This document shows positions 38,001-47,717 of a stretch of DNA of 61,630 nucleotides, one piece after another. The translations under genes were made by a program, and so were the position numbers. Positions within the stretch are counted from its first letter, which is position 1. Every line of letters starts with the position of its first letter. Below the pieces are notes generated by a model that worked only from the letters and a program-made list of their open reading frames with translations, did not search any database and was not told the origin of the DNA. This DNA comes from a virus (taxonomy: Duplodnaviria; Caudoviricetes), in the IMG/VR virus record IMGVR_UViG_3300042549_001103, positions 1-61,630 of that record, one strand, 5' to 3'.

Positions 38001-38186
38001 TTAACTAAAGCATTCAAACCTTTTAGCGTTAACGTTATTTATACCCTCATAACAGTAAACACGTGAACCGGATTCTAAGGGTTTAATCCAAAAAACGTCC
38101 TGTCTTTTTCTACCAGAAATATCGCCTTTGGTTTGCCACAATAGCAGATTAGATAAGTGCGCGTCAGAGAATTTAATTTCTTGCAT
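38001..38186 (-). CDS. Small hypothetical protein
   Basis: 61 aa, RBS agggg. Confidence 0.5.
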   Translation of the reverse strand: MQEIKFSDAHLSNLLLWQTKGDISGRKRQDVFWIKPLESGSRVYCYEGINNVNAKRFECFS

Positions 38187-38200
38187 GGTAAACCCCTAAG

Positions 38201-38299
38201 TTATTGTGCCAAAATATCGACAATCCAGTCCATAAAAAACAAGATCATTCCAGCAATCCAAACAAAACAAAAAACATCTAAGAATTTTTTAAGCATCAT
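38201..38299 (-). CDS. Small membrane peptide (32 aa; not in the track)
   Basis: MMLKKFLDVFCFVWIAGMILFFMDWIVDILAQ*. Confidence 0.4.
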   Translation of the reverse strand: MMLKKFLDVFCFVWIAGMILFFMDWIVDILAQ

Positions 38300-38330
38300 T
38301 TAGCGGACGGGTTTCCCCGTCCGTCCTGTT

Positions 38331-38936
38331 TTAGTTGAGAGGGATCATACCTTGCGCGGACATAATACGTTTCACGCAGTCCGCTACATCAAAATTAGCA
38401 CCTTCCATCTTTTGCAGTTTGACAATGACGGCAGCAAGTGCGGCGTGAATCTTTTGGTTTTCAGTTTTGACCGATTCGGATCCCTCGGTTTCCGTTTCAG
38501 TACTGATAGCCTCGCCGCTCTTGTCCAGTCCGTCAATGGCAAACAAGTGAGTCCGAATGCGATTTAAGTACGTATCCTTTTTGGTAAGTAAATTAGTGCG
38601 TTCCGCTTTTGTTGCAAGGTCAAGGGTTTTTGCATCCTTATGATACAGGGCATAATCTGACTTGGAGAAACCCGCGATAATAGCGTCAATCGTTTGGGTA
38701 CGCGCCGATTCGGATCCACCATTGGTAATAGTCATAAGCATATGACCGGTAAAACCATCGGCGTGCAAACCCTCGGAAATCGTGCGAAGGTTTTTGGCCT
38801 GTTTGGCCTCGACAGTCATATCAGTACTAACGTAGGACATGATGGCGGAACGGGTAGTACTGGACATAATTACATCGGCGGGTAAGAGCGTTACTGAAGT
38901 AAGAGCCGATACCAGGGAAGAGGCTTGCTTTTTCAT
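38331..38936 (-). CDS. First early gene, hypothetical protein
   Basis: 201 aa directly after the consensus promoter; RBS aagga. Confidence 0.7.
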   Translation of the reverse strand: MKKQASSLVSALTSVTLLPADVIMSSTTRSAIMSYVSTDMTVEAKQAKNLRTISEGLHADGFTGHMLMTITNGGSESARTQTIDAIIAGFSKSDYALYHKDAKTLDLATKAERTNLLTKKDTYLNRIRTHLFAIDGLDKSGEAISTETETEGSESVKTENQKIHAALAAVIVKLQKMEGANFDVADCVKRIMSAQGMIPLN

Positions 38937-38989
38937 AACTGTACATCCTTATAAGAGTTAGAGTTACTGACTAATTTGTCAGTAAAGAT

Positions 38990-39018
38990 ATTATAGATCA
39001 AATGTCATATTGTGTCAA
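38990..39018 (-). promoter_or_regulatory. Sigma70 early promoter
   Basis: Perfect TTGACA-17 nt-TATAAT. Confidence 0.85.
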
Positions 39019-39034
39019 GTAGTGTGATGGAATA

Positions 39035-39049
39035 CCTTACAGTGTAAGG
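39035..39049. promoter_or_regulatory. Palindrome site 8, CCTTACAGTGTAAGG
   Basis: 16 bp upstream of the -35 box. Confidence 0.75.
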
Positions 39050-39280
39050 ATTTGTATTCTGGTAAACCGAGTTATGCCGAGCCCACCGTACCCCGACCCC
39101 CCTTTAGCATTGTTGTTATCGTGTATCGTCTAGTATTACTATTACGCTCAAACAATTACCTTTCCTAAGCGTTCCTTACCCAGTAACTAAGCATAGCTTA
39201 ACCCCACCTCCTTAGCCCACACAGAACACCCCCCGGTGCAAAACAAACGCCCATACTAAAAAATTTTATATAAAAAAATA

Positions 39281-39309
39281 TTGCGTTCTAAACACTAAGA
39301 AGTTACACT
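39281..39309 (+). promoter_or_regulatory. Putative promoter of the terminase/late operon
   Basis: TTGCGT-17 nt-TACACT preceded by A/T tracts (UP element-like). Confidence 0.5.
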
Positions 39310-39344
39310 CCGTGCAACGACCTCACGGTGCGCAGAAGGATCTT

Positions 39345-39947
39345 ATGGCGATGTTGCTTACGCCCGACATTGGGGTGCCTCTACTACCGCAACAACCGAT
39401 TACTGACTTGTACGAACGAGTCAAGGCCACTGCGCACACCGCAGATATTCTTGCTGGCCTCGGAATGCAGATCGACCCACCTAGCAATTCAGATAATGAT
39501 ACGGCTGCAACACTAGCTGCGGCGTACGCTGCTGACCCTGAAAAGACTTCCCGTGCGGTATCCAACACCCGTGCGGCGACTATGACTCCTGCTTCACTTA
39601 TCCAGACGCGCAGTATTCTCGATGAGTTCGGTACGGCTGTTGTGCGCCATAGTGTTGAGATCCGCCATCTGGTAACAAATAAGTTACTAATAGAGTCGGA
39701 GAACCCAGACCCCCGTGTGCGCATTCGTGCGTTGGAGCTGCTGGGCAAGATTAGCGATGTGGGGCTCTTCACAGAACGCAGTGAGGTGCTGATTACACAC
39801 CAGTCTACAGATGACTTGCGTAAGAAGCTACGCGAAAAATTTAACCGCATACTAGATAATGACAGGCCAGATGTGGTTGATGCCGTCATGGTGGGTGGCG
39901 ATGTGATCGACCTAGACAAAGAACTAGGTATTGTGCCAAATGAGTGA
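39345..39947 (+). CDS. terS: Terminase small subunit (putative)
   Basis: RIRALELLGKISDVGLF motif; immediately upstream of terL; ATG at 39345 after aagga. Confidence 0.65.
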   Translation: MAMLLTPDIGVPLLPQQPITDLYERVKATAHTADILAGLGMQIDPPSNSDNDTAATLAAAYAADPEKTSRAVSNTRAATMTPASLIQTRSILDEFGTAVVRHSVEIRHLVTNKLLIESENPDPRVRIRALELLGKISDVGLFTERSEVLITHQSTDDLRKKLREKFNRILDNDRPDVVDAVMVGGDVIDLDKELGIVPNE

Positions 39948-41478
39948 AGCAATAGATTTTAGTCTTGCTGAAATTGAGCTGATGCTACAGCGACTGGATG
40001 AGTTTTCCCTCGAAGAACAACTCGAAATAGAACAACTTGCCGATGTGCTGGAACAACGCAAACTTGCACAGACCTGCCGAAATGACTTAATTGAGTTCTG
40101 TAAGCACATGGATCCCAACTATAAAGTTGGACGACACCACCGCAGGCTTGCGGATCTGCTAATGAAGATGGAACGCGGCGAAGAAGACCGCATCGGGGTA
40201 TCAGTACCACCTCGTCATGGTAAGTCTCAGATGGTTTCCATCTATTTTCCTGCATGGTACCTAGGGCGTAACCCCGATAAGAAGGTGCTGATGGTCTCGC
40301 ACACGGCTGATTTGGCTGTGGATTTCGGTCGCAAGGTGCGTAACATCGTCGATAGCCCTGCGTATAAGGCAATTTTCCCAACAGTCACACTTGCGGCAGA
40401 CTCTAAATCAGCGGGACGCTGGAACACCAACATGGGTGGTGAGTATTTTGCCTGTGGTGTGGGCGCTGCCTTGGCGGGTCGTGGTGCACACTTCCTAATT
40501 GTTGACGATCCGTTCTCAGAACAGGACGTGCTAAATGGTAACTACGAGGTTTTTGACCGAGTGTACGAGTGGTTTACGTACGGTGCGCGTACGCGTCTGA
40601 TGCCACAAGGTAAAGTTGCTATTGTGCACACCCGCTGGCACCCAAATGACTTGATCGGGCGCTTAGGTAAGGACATGGGGCGCATTACGAACTCAGATCA
40701 GTACGAAATGTTCGAGTTTCCAGCCATATTTAATGAAAATACCGACAATGAGAAGGCTTTATGGCCTGACTTCTACGATTTAGAGGCACTGCACCGCACA
40801 AAAGCGTCTATGCCGTTGTTCCAATGGAACGCGCAGTTCCAACAATCCCCTACTGCAGAAGAAGGTGCACTTGTTAAGCGGGAATGGTGGAAGCGTTGGG
40901 ACGCGGATGACCCACCGAGCTGTGAGTATGTCATTATGACGCTCGATGCCGCTGCTGAAAAGAACACCAGAGCTGACTTCACTGCACTTTTGACGTGGGG
41001 GGTCTTTAATGACGAGCGATATACCGATGGCTCAAGCCATATAATCTTGCTTAATTCGATAAATGTCAGGGTAGAGTTCCATGAGCTCAAGGAGCTTGCG
41101 CTTAGAGAGTATAAAGAGTGGCAACCCGACTCGTTTATCGTGGAAAAGAAGTCTAGTGGCACACCGCTCTTTCAAGAACTGCGCAGAATGGGTATCCCCG
41201 TCTCCGAATTCACTCCACATAGGGGTACAGGCGATAAAATTGCACGTATTAACGCAATATCAGATATATTTAGATCCGGTATGGTGTGGTACCCAGCAGG
41301 GCGCAAGTGGGCAGAAGAGGTTGTGGAGCAGGTAGCTGCTTTTCCAGCGTCAGATCACGACGACATGGTTGACTGCGTGTCCATGGCACTTGCGAGATTT
41401 CGCAGTGGTGGGTTCATACGACTAGATACAGATGCACAAGACGAAATCATGCGCCCACGGGTAGCGGCTTACTATTAA
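39940..41478 (+). CDS. terL: Terminase large subunit
   Basis: PPRHGKS, LIVDDP, HTRWH, FP...HDDMVD. Confidence 0.95.
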   Translation: MSEAIDFSLAEIELMLQRLDEFSLEEQLEIEQLADVLEQRKLAQTCRNDLIEFCKHMDPNYKVGRHHRRLADLLMKMERGEEDRIGVSVPPRHGKSQMVSIYFPAWYLGRNPDKKVLMVSHTADLAVDFGRKVRNIVDSPAYKAIFPTVTLAADSKSAGRWNTNMGGEYFACGVGAALAGRGAHFLIVDDPFSEQDVLNGNYEVFDRVYEWFTYGARTRLMPQGKVAIVHTRWHPNDLIGRLGKDMGRITNSDQYEMFEFPAIFNENTDNEKALWPDFYDLEALHRTKASMPLFQWNAQFQQSPTAEEGALVKREWWKRWDADDPPSCEYVIMTLDAAAEKNTRADFTALLTWGVFNDERYTDGSSHIILLNSINVRVEFHELKELALREYKEWQPDSFIVEKKSSGTPLFQELRRMGIPVSEFTPHRGTGDKIARINAISDIFRSGMVWYPAGRKWAEEVVEQVAAFPASDHDDMVDCVSMALARFRSGGFIRLDTDAQDEIMRPRVAAYY

Positions 41479-41488
41479 AGGTTAAATT

Positions 41489-44017
41489 ATGGCAATCGAG
41501 AAAAGTTTGTACCAAGCGCCCTTGGGTATCGAGGAAGGTGAGGCTCCAGAGTTGGAGATAGAGATTGTTAATCCCGACATGGTGACGCTAGATGATGGCA
41601 GTGTTGAGATCACAATTATTCCCGGCGAGCTTGATGACGAGGAAGAAGGCGACATTGCGTTTGATGCAAACTTAGCCGAGCTAATGTCTGATGGGGATCT
41701 CTCTAAACTGGCCTCTGACTTACTTGCGGACTACGAGAATGATGTGGGTTCACGCAAAGACTGGGAGCAGACGTACACAGACGGTATTAAGTTACTAGGT
41801 CTAAAGTACGAGGAGCGCACAGAGCCTTGGCCCGGAGCATGTGGTGTGCACTCACCACTGATTGCAGAAGCTGCAGTGCGCTTCCAAGCCGAAGCGATTA
41901 TGGAAACATTTCCAGCCGCAGGCCCAGTCAAGACGCAGATCATCGGTAAGATTACTCCTGAGAACACGGATGCTGCACAACGTGTACAGGACGACATGAA
42001 CTATGAGCTCACGATGGTGATGAAAGAGTACCGCTCAGAGCATGAGAAGATGTTATGGAACCTGCCAATTGCAGGATCTGCGTTTAAGAAAGTGTATTTT
42101 GACCCAAGCATTGGGCGTCAGGTGTCTATGTTTGTGCCCGCAGAGGATGTCATTTTGCCATACGGTACAAGCGAAGTTAGTATGTGTGAGCGTATTACTC
42201 ATCGTATGCGTAAGACCCGCAATCAGTTGTTGAAGCTGCAAGAAAGTGGGTTCTACCGTGAAGACATCGACATCGTAGATGGCCCGGTTATGCAGCCTGA
42301 TTCTATTCAGAAAGCTAAGGACGAAGAGACTGGGTTTAGCGCCACATACGATGACCGCCCGCTCTTACTTGAGATGCAAGTAGAGATTGATATTACCCAG
42401 TTTAGAATCAAGAATGCTAAGGGTGAGAAGACCGAAATCGCCCTGCCGTATGTCGTGACAATCCTTAAAGATACGGGAGATGTGCTGGCTGTTCGCCGTA
42501 ACTGGGAGCCAGATGGTGAGGACTCGTTCCCCGCGAAAGTTCTGCATGAGGAAGATGATGACGAGGACTTTGATCCTAAGATGCCGCGCCAGTACTTCGT
42601 GCATTACCAGTATGTGCCGGGCTTTGGTTCATACGGCTATGGCCTCATCCACCTGATTGGTAACAGCGCCAAGAGCGCGACATCCATAACACGCCAGTTG
42701 GTAGACGCTGGTACGCTGGCTAACTTGCCCGGTGGTATGAAGACTCGCGGCTTGCGCATCAAGGGCGACGACACACCGATTTCTCCCGGAGAGTTTAGAG
42801 ATGTTGATGTGAGCTCAGGCACACTGCGCGATAACATCATGCCACTGCCATATAAAGAGCCAAGCCAAGTGCTACTTGCACTGCGCGGGATTATCTCTGA
42901 CGAGGCACAGAAGTTTTCTGCAGCACCTGACATGAAGATTAGTGACATGTCGGCAAACGCCCCAGTGGGCACAACGCTTGCGCTAATTGAACGTAATTTG
43001 AAAGTGATGTCGGCAGTGCAGGCGCGTATGCACTTCAGTATGAAGCAAGAGCTTCGCTTACTTGCGCGTCTCATTCGCGACTACGCTAGACGTGAATACG
43101 GCTACCAGCCGATTGAGGGTTCACCTCGTGACCGCAATGCCGATTACGCCCTAGTGGAAGTTATTCCTGTTAGTGACCCTAACGCGTCTACCCTTGCACA
43201 ACGTGTGGTGCAGTATCAGGCTGTGATGCAGCTTGCACAGATGGCACCTCAGATTTACAACTTGCCTAAGTTGCATCGCCAGATGTTGGAAGTGTTAAAC
43301 ATCAAGCAAGCAGATCAGCTTGTGCCACTAGAGGATGACCAGAAGCCCACCGACCCAGTATCTGAGAATATGAACATTCTTATGGGTAAGCCGGTCAAGG
43401 CGTTCCAGTACCAAGATCACGAGGCGCACATCCGCACTCACATGGCGGCTATGCAGGATCCGCAGATTGCACAAGTCATGGGGCAGAACCCACAAGCTCA
43501 GGTGCTCATGCAAGCAGCAAGCGCTCACATTACCGAGCACGTTGCCATGGCTTACCGCCAGAAGATCGAGCAGCAGTTGGGTGTGTCGTTGCCAGAACCC
43601 GATGCAGAACTCCCACGTCAGATCGAGTATCAGATGTCTGGACTCATCGCTCAAGCTGCAAGCCAGCTCTTAGGTAAGAACCAAGCCGAGGCGCAAGCTC
43701 AGCAGAACGCACAGACGCAGCAAGATCCGATTGTGCAGATGCAGCAAGCTGAACTCCAGATCAAGAGCAAGGAAGTCGAGATCAAAGAGAAGCAGATGAT
43801 GATTGACGCGGCAGCTCAAGCTGACAGGTTGGCACTTGACCGTGAGAAGCTTAAAGCTGACCAAGAACGTGAAGGATTAAAGCTTGGCCTTAAGGCTCAA
43901 AACGACCAACGCAAGATGGAAGCTGACCAAGAACGTGAAGGTCTACGCATCGGTGTGGACGTTGCAAAAACTAAAGCGCAAATGGCGCGAGACGCTATGA
44001 AAGGAGATTCTAGATAA
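41489..44017 (+). CDS. Portal protein
   Basis: 842 aa after terL; GSAFKKVYFD, PVGTTLAL; long Q-rich coiled-coil C-terminus. Confidence 0.85.
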   Translation: MAIEKSLYQAPLGIEEGEAPELEIEIVNPDMVTLDDGSVEITIIPGELDDEEEGDIAFDANLAELMSDGDLSKLASDLLADYENDVGSRKDWEQTYTDGIKLLGLKYEERTEPWPGACGVHSPLIAEAAVRFQAEAIMETFPAAGPVKTQIIGKITPENTDAAQRVQDDMNYELTMVMKEYRSEHEKMLWNLPIAGSAFKKVYFDPSIGRQVSMFVPAEDVILPYGTSEVSMCERITHRMRKTRNQLLKLQESGFYREDIDIVDGPVMQPDSIQKAKDEETGFSATYDDRPLLLEMQVEIDITQFRIKNAKGEKTEIALPYVVTILKDTGDVLAVRRNWEPDGEDSFPAKVLHEEDDDEDFDPKMPRQYFVHYQYVPGFGSYGYGLIHLIGNSAKSATSITRQLVDAGTLANLPGGMKTRGLRIKGDDTPISPGEFRDVDVSSGTLRDNIMPLPYKEPSQVLLALRGIISDEAQKFSAAPDMKISDMSANAPVGTTLALIERNLKVMSAVQARMHFSMKQELRLLARLIRDYARREYGYQPIEGSPRDRNADYALVEVIPVSDPNASTLAQRVVQYQAVMQLAQMAPQIYNLPKLHRQMLEVLNIKQADQLVPLEDDQKPTDPVSENMNILMGKPVKAFQYQDHEAHIRTHMAAMQDPQIAQVMGQNPQAQVLMQAASAHITEHVAMAYRQKIEQQLGVSLPEPDAELPRQIEYQMSGLIAQAASQLLGKNQAEAQAQQNAQTQQDPIVQMQQAELQIKSKEVEIKEKQMMIDAAAQADRLALDREKLKADQEREGLKLGLKAQNDQRKMEADQEREGLRIGVDVAKTKAQMARDAMKGDSR

Positions 44018-44208
44018 TGGATGCATTTGACGTTTTACGTAAAAAAATTCGTGAACGCATGAACGCCCTAGCCGACGATGTTGCGACAGGGCGCTGTACT
44101 GATTTTGGTATGTACCAAAAACTTTGCGGGGTAATAGAGGGATTGGCCTACGCAGAGCGAGACTTGCTTGACCTCAAGCAAACAATGGAAGACCACGACA
44201 ATGAGTGA
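44017..44208 (+). CDS. Small conserved head-module protein
   Basis: YQKLCGVIEGL; coupled to the portal stop. Confidence 0.7.
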   Translation: MDAFDVLRKKIRERMNALADDVATGRCTDFGMYQKLCGVIEGLAYAERDLLDLKQTMEDHDNE

Positions 44209-44617
44209 AATACTAATTGGCGCTAACCCCGACAACCCACAAGTTGTTGGTATGTACCAACCCGAGGCTACGGCTGAGGAAAAGGCTAGACAGCTCCCAA
44301 AACCTTCTGGCTACCACATCCTGTGTGCTATCCCTGAAAAGGAAGCTGAATATGAAAGTGGGTTGTTAAAAGCTGACGAGACCATTCGCAATGAAGAGAT
44401 CCTTACAACGGTTCTGTTCGTAGTTGACATGGGCCCTGACTGCTATAAAGACGTGAATAAGTTTCCATCTGGCCCTTGGTGTCAGCAGGGAGATTTCATC
44501 TTGGTTCGTCCAAACTCAGGATCAAGGTTGATTATTCATGGGCGCGAGTTCCGACTCATTAACGATGACACTGTTGAGGGTACTGTTCAAGACCCCCGCG
44601 GTATCAGACGCAAATAG
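44201..44617 (+). CDS. GroES/Cpn10-like co-chaperonin
   Basis: PSGYHIL...SGLL...VVDMGPD...GDFIL...RLINDD. Confidence 0.75.
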   Translation: MSEILIGANPDNPQVVGMYQPEATAEEKARQLPKPSGYHILCAIPEKEAEYESGLLKADETIRNEEILTTVLFVVDMGPDCYKDVNKFPSGPWCQQGDFILVRPNSGSRLIIHGREFRLINDDTVEGTVQDPRGIRRK

Positions 44618-44626
44618 GAGTAAATA

Positions 44627-45616
44627 ATGCCTACATACGACGAATTTAAGTTCCCCGACGAGCAAGACGGGGATGACCAGAAAGACCAAATTGAACTTGA
44701 TCTTGAGACCGACGGCACAAATGTCGAGATTGAGATTGTTGACGACACGCCTGTACAAGACCGCAACCGGAAACCCCTTGACCGGGAAGTAGCGGATCCG
44801 ACTGACGATGAGCTTAATGAGTACAGTGCCAAAGTCCAGAAACGGATGAAGGAACTGACCCACAAAAGCCACGACGAGCGGCGTAAAGCTGAGTCCCTTG
44901 CGCGTGAAAAGGTCGAGCTTGAACGTGCTGCAAAGGTACTAGCGGAGGAAAATCGACGCCTGCAAGAGTATGTGCACGTAGGTCAGAACGCGTATATCGA
45001 CAAATCTAAGTCTTTAGCCCAGATCGCTATGGACAACGCCAAGGCTAAGTTCAAGTCCGCGCTAGATATTGGTGACACCGACGCCGCAACATCCGCCCAG
45101 CAGGAGATGATGGCAGCGCAGATGGAAATGGAGCAGGTAAATAATTTTAAGCCTACCCCCTTGCGCGAACCAGAACAATCTGCGTATACTCAGGCATCAC
45201 GTCCTACACAGTCAGCACAAAACGCAGTAGATGATCGCAGTGTCGATTGGGCAAGCAAGAATCCATGGTTTGAGCGACGCGGTGATGAGGATATGACAGG
45301 TTATGCGTACGGTGTGCATAACAAGCTAGTACGAGAGTATGGGCCTGAGTACACACGTACCGATGAGTATTTTACTAAAATCGACTCTGCTGTAAGGCGG
45401 GCATTCCCCGAACGCTTTGATGACCTCGAAGATACTGCGGGTACCCAACGTAAAAAGCAGAGCCGCCCAAACAACGTTGTTGCTCCGGCGCAACGCTCAA
45501 CGGCACCGAAAAAAATTCGGTTGTCGCTTACCCAACAAAACGTAGCCAAGCGGTTAGGTATCCCACTTGAGCTTTACGCTAAGAAGTTAGCAGAATTGGA
45601 GAATTCAAATGGCTGA
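44627..45616 (+). CDS. Capsid scaffolding protein (putative)
   Basis: Acidic N-terminus, coiled coil, WASKNPWF, C-terminal AKRLGIPLELYAK. Confidence 0.65.
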   Translation: MPTYDEFKFPDEQDGDDQKDQIELDLETDGTNVEIEIVDDTPVQDRNRKPLDREVADPTDDELNEYSAKVQKRMKELTHKSHDERRKAESLAREKVELERAAKVLAEENRRLQEYVHVGQNAYIDKSKSLAQIAMDNAKAKFKSALDIGDTDAATSAQQEMMAAQMEMEQVNNFKPTPLREPEQSAYTQASRPTQSAQNAVDDRSVDWASKNPWFERRGDEDMTGYAYGVHNKLVREYGPEYTRTDEYFTKIDSAVRRAFPERFDDLEDTAGTQRKKQSRPNNVVAPAQRSTAPKKIRLSLTQQNVAKRLGIPLELYAKKLAELENSNG

Positions 45617-46058
45617 AAACCGTATTACTCGTGATTTAGAGACCCGAACAACTCAACAGCGTCCCAAGCAGTGGGCACCCGCGGAGTTGTTGCCTGAGCC
45701 AGATCAACAGGCTGGGTTTAAATACCGTTGGATCCGTGTCTCCATGCTCGACAAGGCTGACCCCCGTAATCTTTCGGCTAAAATTCGAGAGGGATGGGAG
45801 CCAGTAAAAATTGAAGAGCAACCTAAATTTCAACTGCTAATCGATCCCAATAGTCGTTTTAAAGACAACATTGAGATCGGTGGATTACTGCTTTGTAAGA
45901 CTCCAGTTGAGTTCGTGGAACAGCGTACGGCACACTTTGCCCGCCAAACACAAGCCCAAACGGAAGCTGTAGACAGTAATTTAATGCGCCAGAGCGACGC
46001 TCGTATGCCTCTTTTTAAAGAAGGTAAGTCTACGACTAGTTTTGGTAAAGGATCTTAA
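45609..46058 (+). CDS. Conserved head-module protein
   Basis: YRWIR...REGWEPV...GGLLLCK. Confidence 0.7.
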   Translation: MAENRITRDLETRTTQQRPKQWAPAELLPEPDQQAGFKYRWIRVSMLDKADPRNLSAKIREGWEPVKIEEQPKFQLLIDPNSRFKDNIEIGGLLLCKTPVEFVEQRTAHFARQTQAQTEAVDSNLMRQSDARMPLFKEGKSTTSFGKGS

Positions 46059-46079
46059 ATTTAATTTTTGGAGTTAAAC

Positions 46080-46700
46080 ATGGCTTACCCCACTATTGAC
46101 AAGCCTTATGGCTTTAAGCCAATCAATCTGATTGGTGGTCAGGTATTCGCCGGTTCCACTCGTAAAATGCGTATTGCTAGTGCATATGCAACTTCGATTG
46201 GTTTCGGTGATCTGCTAGTTCGCGCATCCGACGGTACTGTCGAGCGCTCTGCTGCAACCGCTGCTAAACCTACTGGCGGCTTCGCTGGTGTGTTTCTTGG
46301 TTGTGAATTTATCAACTCAAGCACAGGTCAACTGCAATTCCAACAGAACTTTGTTGGCGGAACAACAGTGACAACCGGCTTCATTACAGCTTATGTTTGT
46401 GATGATCCAGATGCATTGTTCCAAGTTGCTGTCGTTTCTGGCACAACAGTTGTGACTGGCGTTCAATATACTTCTGTCGGCAATAACGCCACAATCGTAA
46501 ACAACACCACAATCACTAACGCTGGTAACTCACAAGTTGCTTTGAACGCCACAACCGCTACAACTGATACATTGACAATTCGCATTGTTGACGTTGTACC
46601 TGATACCGCCTATATTTCTGGCGGCAACACGCTGTTTCCTGAAGTGATCGTAAAGTTCAACTTCGGTATGCATGCTTACGAAACCGCCGTCGGCGTATAA
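46080..46700 (+). CDS. Capsid decoration / minor capsid protein (putative)
   Basis: PYGFKP...GVFLGC...DDPD; directly upstream of the major capsid gene. Confidence 0.6.
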   Translation: MAYPTIDKPYGFKPINLIGGQVFAGSTRKMRIASAYATSIGFGDLLVRASDGTVERSAATAAKPTGGFAGVFLGCEFINSSTGQLQFQQNFVGGTTVTTGFITAYVCDDPDALFQVAVVSGTTVVTGVQYTSVGNNATIVNNTTITNAGNSQVALNATTATTDTLTIRIVDVVPDTAYISGGNTLFPEVIVKFNFGMHAYETAVGV

Positions 46701-46711
46701 GGAGCTAAATC

Positions 46712-47620
46712 ATGGCTATTTCACGCGCACAACTATTGAAAGAGCTGCTCCCCGGCCTGAACGCTTTGTTCGGTTTGGAGTACGCCCGTTATGGTGAACA
46801 GCACAAAGAGATCTACGAAACAGAGACCTCCGAGCGTTCGTTTGAAGAAGAGACCAAACTTTCTGGCTTCTCGGCTGCACCTGTTAAGAACGAAGGTTCT
46901 GCAATTGCATACGACAACGCTCAAGAAGCTTGGACTGCTCGCTATAACCACGAAACCATCGCTTTGGGCTTTTCGCTCACGGAAGAGGCAATTGAAGATA
47001 ACCTGTACGACTCTTTGTCTGCTCGTTATACAAAGGCTCTCGCCCGCGCAATGGCTTACACCAAGCAGGTTAAAGGTGCTTCTGTCTTGAACAACGGTTT
47101 TAGCTCCAGCTATGTTGGTGGTGACGGCGTTGCTCTATTCAGCGCTTCACATCCCTTGGTTGGTGGTGGTTCTAACAGTAACATCCCTTCAGTCCCTGCT
47201 GACTTGAACGAAACATCATTGGAAAACGCTGTGATTCAGATCGCTGCGTGGACTGACGAACGTGGTCTCTTGATCGCTGCTAAGCCTAAGAAACTCATTA
47301 TCCCATCAGCACTGCAATTCGTTGCAACAAAGCTGTTAGAAACTGAGCTTCAGGTTGGTTCGGCAGACAACACGATCAACGCTATCAAGAACAACGGTTC
47401 GATTCCAGATGGTTACACTGTTAACAACTGGTTGACAGACACAAACGCTTGGTTCTTGACAACCGATGTGCCTAACGGCATGAAGCACTTCGTTCGTATG
47501 CCTTTGAGCAACTCTATGGACGGCGACTTCGATACAGGTAACGTACGTTACAAGTCTCGCGAGCGTTATTCGTTCGGCTGGTCTGACCCACTCTCGATGT
47601 TCGGGTCGCAGGGTGCATAA
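46712..47620 (+). CDS. Major capsid protein (Mu gpT-like, HK97 fold)
   Basis: MAISRAQLLKELLPGLNALFG...GDGVALFSASHP...RERYSFGWSD; strong RBS; followed by a terminator. Confidence 0.88.
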   Translation: MAISRAQLLKELLPGLNALFGLEYARYGEQHKEIYETETSERSFEEETKLSGFSAAPVKNEGSAIAYDNAQEAWTARYNHETIALGFSLTEEAIEDNLYDSLSARYTKALARAMAYTKQVKGASVLNNGFSSSYVGGDGVALFSASHPLVGGGSNSNIPSVPADLNETSLENAVIQIAAWTDERGLLIAAKPKKLIIPSALQFVATKLLETELQVGSADNTINAIKNNGSIPDGYTVNNWLTDTNAWFLTTDVPNGMKHFVRMPLSNSMDGDFDTGNVRYKSRERYSFGWSDPLSMFGSQGA

Positions 47621-47690
47621 GTAAATTAAGGGGCGCACAGCTGAAGGTCGTCGCGCTTAAAAGAGTACCCTAAGAATCGCCCTTGATTTA

Positions 47691-47717
47691 GACCCCACTC
47701 AAAAGGTGGGGTTTTTT
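47691..47717 (+). terminator. Rho-independent terminator after the major capsid gene
   Basis: gaccccac-tcaaaag-gtggggtt followed by a T-run. Confidence 0.8.

Noticed and set aside
43854-43941. 22-bp repeat in the portal 3' end (aagctgaccaagaacgtgaagg x2)
   Set aside because: In-frame coiled-coil duplication (ADQEREG); ordinary
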